From Mycoplasmoides genitalium G37 (GTDB taxonomy: Bacteria > Bacillota_I > Bacilli_A > Mycoplasmatales > Mycoplasmoidaceae): a stretch of DNA of 32,000 nt. Below the pieces are notes generated by a model that was not told the DNA's origin, did no database searches, and worked only from the letters and a program-made list of their open reading frames with translations. The translations under genes and the position numbers were made by a program. Shown here in pieces: positions 22,563-32,000 of the stretch. Positions within the stretch are counted from its first letter, which is position 1. Each line of letters opens with the position of its first letter. Where the stretch lies: NCBI RefSeq assembly GCF_000027325.1, contig NC_000908.2, forward strand, positions 120,001 through 152,000, given 5' to 3'.

Positions 22563-23318
22563 ATGAAACGTACTTTAAATATAGGTATTGTTTTGTGTGA
22601 AAATTTTCTTTCAGACCAACAAAATGCTGTTGATAGTTACACCCAAGTTTATGAAGATGTTAGGATGTTTGAATTTGGGTTAAAACTCTTTCAATCATTA
22701 CCTTTTAACATCCAAGAAACCCTTATATTTTGTAATGCTGAACAACATAAAATAGTTGATAAAGCTGCTAAAAAATACAAAAACACTACTGTGTTTTTTT
22801 CACGTGATACTGATGTAGCTAATGTTTATGAAGCTAAGGTATTTATCCAAGAAAAATACAAATTAACCCAAGATTACAAAAAAAGAGGTGTTAGCTCTTA
22901 TTATGACAGCTGTTGCTTTATCTTAATTGAAGCGAATCGTCCATTAACTGCAATAAAGACAGTTAAAAGTGTTTATGAAAAAGCACTGATAGAAAAAGCA
23001 GCTATTGCAGTATTACCATATAATGGTACACTAATGAATGGTAACAATGATGTTGTCTTTAGCCACTTGCAAGATAAAAATAGGTTTAACTATTGAAAAC
23101 AAAGCAAGGCTTATGAAGTACAATACCCCCAAGCATATACTTTAAATAAACTTAATCAGTTTTCAAAACAGCAATTTCTAAGGGCTAGAAGTATGTTGGA
23201 CTTAATGAAGATTTCTAATAAATCACCCTTAAGTATTGTTGATGGTAGTGCTTATGCTTTTAGGGTTGTTACCAACCTTGATTTTGAAATTTTATTAGGT
23301 ATTTTAAAAAATGGATAA
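22563..23318 (+). CDS. Hypothetical protein; possible divergent IspD/cytidylyltransferase-like fold
   Basis: Frame read through TGA(Trp) at 23094-23096 to TAA 23316-23318; 251 aa. [41 protein letters not shown] resembles the IspD VLIHDAARPxxxxexixxvixxxxxxgaaipvlPvxDTlk region. Confidence 0.7.
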
Positions 23319-23955
23319 AAATATTTTTCAATTAGTACAAAGTTTTGCTAAAACGCAAAATGTGCGAGCTAATTACACCTCACAAGACAAAAATATTAGT
23401 TTAGATTTTGTTAGTTTTGAAACAGTTAGTCAATCACTAACAGGTTTTCTAATTTTTAATAATTTCAATAAATTGTTACAACTAATTGAACTGATAAAAC
23501 AAAAGCAAACATGATTATATGTAGATCAGCTCTGAATTGTTGATCTTTCCAATAACAAAGCCTTAACTGATGCTACTGTTTGGATTATTAAACAAGAAAA
23601 ATTGCCTGTTTCAGTTGCGGCTTTTAGCAACCAACAACTCAACCAAGTTTATCGCAATTCATCCACAAGTCCTTTGTATCTTAGTTATGTCAAACCAATC
23701 GAAGTTCAACAATTTTTTACACTTTCTCCATCCATTAACAATAATCCTTTTTTAAATCAAAATCCTTTAACTGAATCACCATTTGATAACAATAATCAGC
23801 TGTTTCAAGCAACAAAGAGCGTTGAACCTTCAATGGAAACAATGGAATTTTCCCGGTTTATGGATGAATTTGATCAGATTACAAAGAACTTTTCTGATAT
23901 AGAGCTTGAACCTATGCAATTCACCCAAAGTTTTGATGATTGGAGCAAAGACTAG
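23311..23955 (+). CDS. Hypothetical protein with Asn/Pro-rich low-complexity C-terminal half
   Basis: 23311..23514 and 23602..23955 are the same frame joined by TGA(Trp) codons; 214 aa. Segment [25 protein letters not shown]. Confidence 0.8.
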
Positions 23956-24958
23956 GGTTGCAATAGTTGGCGGGATTGGTTACATAGGTAGTTGTTTTGC
24001 TAGTTTTATCAAAGAACAAAATGATAAGCTAATTGTTACTGTTATTGATAACAACAAAAATAACCATGTAATTAAACTCTTAAAAAAGATTGGAATTGAA
24101 TTCTATTTTGCTGATTTACTAGATAGACATAAGCTAACTGAAGTAATTGCAGCAATTCAACCTGATGTGGTATTTCACTTTGCTGCTAAAACAAGTGTAA
24201 GTGAATCAGTACATAATCCATTGAAGTACTTTGATTGCAATGTAATTGGTACTTTAAACCTAATTAGTGCAATTAGTAACTTACAGAAGCCAATTAAATT
24301 ATTTTTCGCTTCTAGTGCTGCAGTGTATGGTCAAACAACTAATAGTTACATTAGTGAAGAGATTGTAATAACTGAAACACAAGCAACCAATCCTTATGGA
24401 TTGAGTAAGTTTTTAGATGAATTAATCTTAAATGCAGTTGCCAAAAATAGTCAACTACAAGTTGTTTGCTTACGCTTTTTTAATGTGGCAGGTGCAATTC
24501 TGCCATTTGGTAATTTTAATGGTAATACCACGCTTTTAATTCCTAACTTAGTAAAAGCCTTTTTAAAACAAACTCCCTTTTTTTTATATGGCAATGATTA
24601 TGCAACTAAGGATGGTAGTTGCATAAGAGATTACATCCATGTTTATGATATATGTAATGCTCATTTCTTATTATGAAAGTGGTTAAATGATCATCGCCAA
24701 ATTAAATTTGAAACCTTTAACTTGGGGAGTGGGATAGGAACTTCTAATTTAGAAGTTATTGATATTGCTAAAAAAGTGTTTTATCCTAGTAGATTAAATT
24801 TAGAAATTAGACCAAAAAGAAGCTGAGATCCAGCAATTTTAGTAGCAAATGTTGCTAAAGCAAAACAAACCTTTCAATTCAAAATAACGCGTAATTTGAA
24901 AGATATGATAAGTGATGAGCGTAATTTTTATGAGAATTTTTATAATGACGCTTATTAA
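23936..24958 (+). CDS. galE: UDP-glucose 4-epimerase
   Basis: ATG 23936; [21 protein letters not shown] (Rossmann GxxGxxG), [36 protein letters not shown]. Through TGA(Trp) to TAA 24956-24958; 340 aa. Confidence 0.93.
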
Positions 24959-24972
24959 GTGGTGTTTAATTA

Positions 24973-26667
24973 ATGGAAAAAGTTGCCTTCAAAATGGAGC
25001 ATATCTCCAAAAGTTTTGACAATGGCAAAATTAAGGCTAATGTTGATGTTAGCTTAGTTGTTTATGAAAATACTGTCCACACCATTTTGGGGGAGAATGG
25101 TGCAGGAAAATCAACCCTGACTTCGATTTTATTTGGTTTATATAAACCTGATAGTGGCAAGATCTTTATTGGTGAAAAGCAAGTAAATTTTAAATCTTCT
25201 AAAGATGCAGTAAAACATAAAATCGGAATGGTGCACCAGCACTTTAAGTTAATAGAAAACTACACGGTTTTAGATAACATCATTCTAGGGAATGAAAGTA
25301 GGTTTGGGTTTTTACCTTTAATTAATCGTAAAGTAAGTGAAGCAAAGATTAAAACCATCATGGAAAAATATGGAATCTTTGTTGATCTTAAACAAAAAGT
25401 TAGTAACTTAACAGTAGGTCAGCAACAACGGGTTGAGATCCTAAAGGTTTTATTTCGTGATAGTAATATCCTTATCTTTGATGAACCCACTGCAGTTTTA
25501 AGTGATCTTGAAATTCAAAACTTTCTCAAGATTATTGCTAACTTTAAAAAGCTAGGAAAAACAATTGTTTTAATCTCTCATAAATTAAATGAAATTAAAC
25601 AAGTTGCTGATACAGCTACTGTCTTAAGACTTGGCAAGGTAGTTGGTAGTTTTGATGTTAAAACAACACCAGTTGATAAGATTGCGCTTTTAATGATGGG
25701 CAAAGAGTTAAAACAAACTAAAAACACCACAGATTTTGTTGCTAAAGATGAACCTGTTTTAAAAGTTCAAAACCTGAATTTGTTTCTCAATAAATCTTTA
25801 GCATACAAGTTCTTAGTGAGGTGCAATAACATCCATAAAGCCCAACAAATTAAGAAAAATAAACCATTAAAAGACTTATGGATAATTAGTTTTTTAAATA
25901 AACTAACCACCAGTAACAAAACCCCTAAATTAGTAAAAGGCTTGATTAATAAGTTAGGACTTTCCTATCAAGAAAATACAGATGAAACCATTAGTTTTGC
26001 TATCCATAAGGGAGAAATTTTTGCTATTGCTGGGGTTGAGGGTAATGGTCAAAGTCAGCTTGTTAATTTAATTTGTGGAATTGAAAAAGCTGCTAGTAAT
26101 AAGTTAATTTTTAACAATATTGATATCTCAAGATGATCAATTAGAAAACGGATTAATGCTGGGATTAGTTTTGTTTTGGAAGATAGACATAAATATGGCT
26201 TGATCTTAGATCAAACCGTGAGGTTTAATACGGTTAATAACCAGATTAATAACCGTCCTTTTAGTAGTTGAAACTTTTTAAAACCAATGGAGATTGCTCT
26301 TTATAGCAACACTATTATTAAAAAGTTTGATGTTAGGGGCAGTGCTGAGGGTAGTGCTGTTGTAAGAAGACTTTCAGGTGGTAATCAACAGAAACTAATT
26401 ATTGGTCGAGAAATGACCAAACAAAATGACCTTTTGGTGTTAGCACAAGTAACCAGAGGCCTTGATATTGGTGCTATTGCTTTTATCCATGAAAACATCT
26501 TATTAGCTAAAGCTAATAATAAAGCTATCTTATTGGTTTCATATGAACTTGATGAGATCTTAGCACTTGCTGATACAGTGGCTGTTATCAATAAGGGGAG
26601 AATAGTTGGTATGGGAAAAAGAGATTTAATGGATCGCCAATCGATAGGTAGATTAATAATGCAATAA
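24973..26667 (+). CDS. ABC transporter ATP-binding protein with two ATPase domains (nucleoside/sugar type, RbsA/NupO-like)
   Basis: Domain 1: [33 protein letters not shown]. Domain 2: [39 protein letters not shown]. 564 aa with TGA(Trp) codons. Confidence 0.93.
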
Positions 26668-26673
26668 AAGACT

Positions 26674-28236
26674 ATGACAATGTGGCAATTTAAAAGTTAC
26701 TTTAAACACCACCTGGTGTTTTGAAAAGACCGATTTTTACATAGCTCTGAGAAACAAATGCAAAGAAGAAGTATCCTCTCTTCAGTGGTTTTGATAATCC
26801 TCTCTTTTCTTATATCGTTTTTACTGATTATTTCAATTCCTGGAGGTAGAGGTGCGAGCTTCTTTGCACTGTTTACTAAGTTATTTTTAGATAACACTAA
26901 TACTGAAAATTTCTTAAGACAGATTGCTATTTATATCCTAGCTGGATTAGCATTTAGTTTCTGTATGAGTGTTGGTATTTTCAACATTGGTATCTCAGGG
27001 CAGATGATGGCTGGAGCCATCTTTGGGTTTTTAATGATTCTCAAGGTGTTTCCAAGTTCATTTCGACCTGGTTTTGGAGGTCAGATTATTACTGTATTAT
27101 TGATGGTAATAGGTAGTGTTAGTGTGGCAGTTGTTGTTGCAACTTTAAAGATTTTTTTCAAGGTTAATGAAGTTGTAAGTGCAATTATGTTGAACTGAAT
27201 TGTAGTGCTTATTAGTGCTTATTTAGTAGAGACTTACATTAAAGATAATAGTGGGGGTACAGCCCAATTCTTTTCCTTACCACTCCCTGATGAATTTGCT
27301 TTATATAACTTCTCTCCTTTAACAAAAAAGTTTGGTTGATTAGCTTCACTTATTATTGCTTTCATTAGTGTTATTATTGTGGCAGTAGTATTAAAATACA
27401 CAGTTTTTGGACACAAATTAAAGTCAATTGGCAGTAGTGTATTTGGTTCTCAGGCAATGGGTTTTAATGTTAGAAAATACCAGTTCTTATCGTTTATTAT
27501 CTCAGGAATTTTATCAGGACTATTAGCAACGGTTGTTTACACTGCATCAACTGAAAAAGTATTGACATTTAACAATGTTGGGGATAGTGCTATTTCAGCA
27601 GTACCAGCTACTGGTTTTGATGGGATTGCGATTGGTTTAATTGCTTTAAATAACCCCTTTAGGATTGTTATTGTTTCTGTTCTTATTGCTTTTGTTAACA
27701 TTGGGGCAAGACCTGCTAATTTAAACCCTAATACTGCTAGTTTAGTTTTAGGAATCATGATGTATTTTGCTGCACTTTATAACCTAATGGTTTACTTTAA
27801 ACCATGAAGATACCTAGTGAAGCTGAACATTGGAAAGATAAATCTCACCACATATGAAACATATGAAAACAAACTAGCTGCTAACCTAGAGTGACTAAGT
27901 TTCCAACGCTTCTTGTCAAAACAGAAAAAAAAGAATGACAAAACTAAATTTAATTGGTTTGATACTAGTTTATTTGAACAATATGCAAAAAACAAACAAG
28001 AAATTGTTCAAGAATACCATCACAATTGTGCAACTAATTTAATTGCTTGGTGATTGAATGCAATCCAAAGTGGCAATATTAAACCTTCAACTACTTTTAA
28101 GTTGGAATTTGTTAATTTTAAACACCAACAGAAGTTTGTATTAAATTGGTTTAAAAATGAAAGTGAATCACTGCGTGATTTCCAATCACAGTTTGAGAGA
28201 ATCAATAAGTTAGTGGAAAGGGAGTTTGTTAAGTAA
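26674..28236 (+). CDS. ABC transporter permease (nucleoside/branched-chain type) with extra N- and C-terminal hydrophilic regions
   Basis: Table-4 frame from ATG 26674 joins 26758..27198, 27379..27807 and 28054..28236. LAGLAFSFCMSVGIFNIGISGQMMAG; 520 aa. Confidence 0.88.
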
Positions 28237-28238
28237 CA

Positions 28239-29159
28239 ATGTTAAGTTTAGCACAATTAGAAAGTTGGTTTTTTATCGCTCCAGCACTGCTTTTAGCAGT
28301 ATTGAGTGGTTATCTCGCTGAACGCGTTGGGATCATTAATATTGCTATTAATGGTGGAATGGTGTTTGGTGGGTTATTTATGGCACTCTTATCGTATGGA
28401 TTTACAAATAACTTAAATCAATCCGCTCCCTCCTGATCACTATTTATCACCATTCCCTTATCAGTTTTATTTAGTAGTGTTATAGGTTGTTTATTTGCAC
28501 TAGCAGCAGTTAAGTTAAGAGCAGATCATGTTATTGTGGGAACTGGGATTAACTTGTTGGCTAGCGGAATTACCCTTTTTATTAGTCAGAATGCTGCTAG
28601 TTTGTTTTCCGATACTACCTTAAGAGTAAGGTACTTATTTCCCATCCAAACTACTGTTAGTATAGAAGCAATTGGTGTGTTTGTTTTTAGTTTACTTCTG
28701 ATTGGGTTTGTATGGTACTTGATGAGTTTTACTAAAACTGGGTTGAGATACCGTGCGGTAGGTGAGAATCCTAATGTAATTGATACCCAAGGGATTAGTG
28801 TTTACAAATACCAATGGATAGGCGCAATTTGTTCAATGATGGTAGCTGGATTGAGTGGTAGTTTGTTTGTTTTAAGTGTTTCTAACTTTCCCTTTAACAG
28901 CGGAGATGTAAATGGCTTGGGTTTTATTGCTATTGCCATTATGATTATCTCAATGTGAAGAATTATCCCTAGCATCTTTATTGGGTTAATCTTTGCATAT
29001 GCCTATGTTTTTACCAATAGTCAAATAGGATCTAATAGTAATTCCTACTTGTTAAGAACGATCCCTTTCATCATCTCATTACTAGTAATGTTGTTATTTG
29101 GTTTTCTTAATGTTGCCCCAAAAAATATAGGTAAACATTTTGACAAGGGTTTAAGATAA
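28239..29159 (+). CDS. ABC transporter permease (second permease of the same system)
   Basis: LAERVGIINIAINGGMVFGGLF, VGTGINLLASGIT, VGENPNVIDTQGISVYKYQWIGAICSMMVAGLSG; joined through TGA(Trp) codons; 306 aa. Confidence 0.9.
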
Positions 29160-29198
29160 ACAAAAACCTTATTTATAGTTAAGTAAGTAGTTTTATTA

Positions 29199-31328
29199 AT
29201 GATTAAAAACCTGGTGGTGATTGAATCACCCAATAAAGTTAAAACATTAAAACAATATCTTCCTAGTGATGAATTTGAGATAGTCTCAACCGTTGGTCAC
29301 ATCAGAGAAATGGTGTATAAAAACTTTGGTTTTGATGAAAATACCTATACCCCTATCTGAGAAGATTGAACTAAAAATAAACAGAAAAATCCCAAACAGA
29401 AACACCTGCTCAGTAAGTTTGAGATCATCAAATCAATCAAAGCTAAAGCTAGTGATGCACAAAACATTTTTTTAGCTTCTGACCCTGATAGAGAAGGGGA
29501 AGCCATCTCTTGGCATGTCTATGATTTATTGGATCAAAAAGATAAAGCTAAGTGCAAACGAATCACTTTCAATGAGATCACTAAAAAAGCAGTAGTAGAT
29601 GCATTAAAACAACCGCGTAACATCGATCTTAACTGGGTTGAAAGTCAGTTTGCCCGCCAAATCCTTGACAGGATGATAGGTTTTAGATTATCAAGATTAT
29701 TAAATAGTTATCTGCAAGCAAAGTCTGCAGGTAGAGTTCAATCAGTGGCTTTGCGCTTTCTTGAGGAAAGAGAAAAGGAGATAGCTAAGTTTGTTCCGCG
29801 TTTTTGGTGGACAGTTGATGTTTTATTAAACAAAGAAAATAACCAAAAAGTAGTTTGTGCAAACAAGTCTATTCCTTTGGTTTTAAGAGAAATTAACCCT
29901 GAATTAAGTGCTAGTTTAAAACTGGATTTTGAAGCTGCTGAAAACGTATCAGGAATTGACTTTTTAAATGAAGCTTCAGCAACCAGATTTGCCAACCAAC
30001 TGACTGGCGAATATGAAGTTTATTTTATTGATGAACCTAAGATTTACTATTCATCTCCAAACCCAGTTTATACCACCGCTTCACTTCAAAAGGATGCAAT
30101 TAATAAGTTAGGATGGTCTTCCAAAAAAGTAACAATGGTGGCCCAAAGACTGTATGAAGGGATTAGTGTTAATGGGAAACAAACTGCATTAATTAGTTAT
30201 CCAAGAACTGATTCAATTAGGATTTCAAACCAATTTCAATCAGAGTGTGAAAAGTACATTGAAAAGGAGTTTGGAAGTCATTATTTAGCTGATAAAAATA
30301 AGTTAAAAAGACATAAAAAGGATGAGAAAATCATCCAAGATGCCCATGAAGGGATCCATCCTACTTACATTACTATTACCCCCAATGATCTGAAAAACGG
30401 GGTGAAACGCGATGAGTTTCTCCTTTATCGTTTAATATGGATTAGAACAGTTGCTAGTTTAATGGCAGATGCTAAAACATCAAGAACTATTGTTCGTTTT
30501 ATAAACCAAAAAAACAAGTTTTATACCTCTTCAAAATCACTTTTATTTGATGGTTATCAAAGGTTATATGAAGAGATTAAACCTAATACTAAAGATGAAC
30601 TTTACATTGATCTTAGTAAGCTTAAAATTGGTGATAAATTTAGTTTTGAAAAGATCAGCGTTAATGAGCATAAAACCAACCCACCACCACGTTACACCCA
30701 AGCTAGTTTAATTGAAGAGCTTGAAAAATCTAACATCGGTCGTCCCTCTACTTATAACACTATGGCCAGTGTTAATCTAGAAAGGGGCTATGCTAACTTA
30801 GTGAACCGATTTTTTTATATCACTGAGCTTGGTGAAAAAGTTAATAATGAACTTTCCAAGCATTTTGGGAATGTAATTAATAAAGAATTTACCAAGAAGA
30901 TGGAAAAATCTTTGGATGAAATTGCTGAAAACAAAGTAAACTATCAAGAATTTCTTAAGCAGTTTTGAACAAATTTTAAATCTGATGTTAAACTAGCTGA
31001 AAATTCAATTCAAAAAGTGAAAAAGGAAAAAGAATTGGTTGAAAGAGATTGTCCTAAATGTAATCAACCGTTGGTATATCGTTACACCAAAAGAGGTAAT
31101 GAGAAGTTTGTTGGTTGTAGTGATTTTCCTAAGTGTAAATACAGTGAGTTTAGTAATCCTAAACCAAAACTAACCTTGGAAACACTTGATGAATTGTGTC
31201 CTGAGTGTAACAATAAACTGGTTAAGAGGAGAACTAAATTTAACGCTAAAAAGACCTTTATAGGTTGCAGTAATTTCCCTAACTGCCGTTTTATCAAAAA
31301 GGATAATGCTGCTGAATTTAAACAATAA
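29199..31328 (+). CDS. topA: DNA topoisomerase I
   Basis: [21 protein letters not shown] (Toprim), [24 protein letters not shown]-type motif [11 protein letters not shown], active site [11 protein letters not shown], two C-terminal Cys4 zinc modules. 709 aa with TGA(Trp) codons. Confidence 0.96.
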
Positions 31329-32000
31329 CAGCGTTCTTATTGTTGCGTTTGTAATTGTTTCTTTATTCTTTCTAATAATTGTTGGGTTTGCTTTAAATTT
31401 AGCAATTGCTTTTTCACTCCATTTAAAGCAGAATAAAAATAACAAAAAATACATCTTAAATGACCAACAGATCCAGTTAAGATTAACTGAAAAACAAGCC
31501 CAATTAACAACTTTACTTAACTTTTATCAACAAAAAATTGAAAGTGTAAACAGAGAAAAAAGTTGGTTAGAAAGTCAGTTACAGGTAATTGATAAAAAGG
31601 ATTTAAAGCAAGCGCAAAAGTTAACTTTACATTTAAAAAAAGACCAAATATTAGCTCAACTTAATGAAAAGCTGATTCAAAAAAAAGTTGATCAGCCTTT
31701 AGTTAATGAACTACAGAAAACCAAACTTTCCTATCTTGAAAGGTTAGTTGATCAAAAGATTAAACTCAGTGAAAATAATTTCAAAAGTGCTTTTCTTAAA
31801 ACGAAGGTAAAAGAGACAGCATTTAATATCTTTGCAGCTAAAAACAAGGTGAACTGGGAGTATTTTAAACAGGTGTGTGATGCTGATTGCACTTTAAAAA
31901 ACTTAGAAGATGAAGTGGAAATTACTTTTTCTAATTGGAGTTATTTGAGAAGGATGCAAGCTCTATTAGCGTTTGAAAAACTAATTAGCAAAATCAAAAC
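31306..32000 (+). CDS. Membrane-anchored coiled-coil protein, 3' truncated by window edge; possible degenerate RNase Y-like paralogue
   Basis: ATG 31306: [36 protein letters not shown]..., one N-terminal TM, then a long Gln/Lys-rich coiled coil, then [58 protein letters not shown]. Open to the window end. Confidence 0.8.

Noticed and set aside
23570-23755. 61-aa ORF overlapping the 214-aa hypothetical gene
   Set aside because: The 23311-23955 frame is continuous through TGA(Trp) and is better supported.
2-32000. Searched for CRISPR arrays, phage/transposon genes, restriction-modification or toxin-antitoxin/defence loci, and tRNA/rRNA genes
   Set aside because: No periodic direct repeats, transposase/integrase/nuclease cassettes or tRNA cloverleaf signatures were recognised. 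The window is almost entirely housekeeping genes.

Overview
This window is a gene-dense, AT-rich core-genome segment from a Mollicutes genome. Gene content and order match my memory of the Mycoplasma genitalium/pneumoniae group, roughly MG094-MG123 of M. genitalium; I did not search a database. Most breaks in the supplied ORF track are artefacts of reading TGA as stop. Reading TGA as Trp (translation table 4) joins neighbouring same-frame fragments into about 28 intact genes. In order: dnaB (3' end), a lipoprotein, a large coiled-coil surface protein, ung, a membrane-protein::GatC fusion, gatA, gatB, a GntR/UTRA regulator, trxB, whiA, secG, rnr, a CdaA-type c-di-AMP synthase, def (the only minus-strand gene), gmk, a PP2C phosphatase, a Ser/Thr kinase, rsgA, pgi, rpe, asnS, a CDP-alcohol phosphatidyltransferase, a CinA C-terminal-domain protein, two hypothetical proteins, galE, a nucleoside/sugar-type ABC transporter (one ATPase, two permeases), topA, and a membrane/coiled-coil protein cut by the window edge. 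I found no rRNA, tRNA, CRISPR, transposon, phage or defence-like locus. The best candidates for a second look are the ECF-S-like membrane domain fused to GatC, the last gene as a degenerate RNase Y-like paralogue lacking the KH GxxG loop, a possible divergent IspD-like protein (22563-23318), the non-canonical insert and extensions in the ABC transporter, and the PP2C/kinase pair whose kinase has no extracellular sensor domain.
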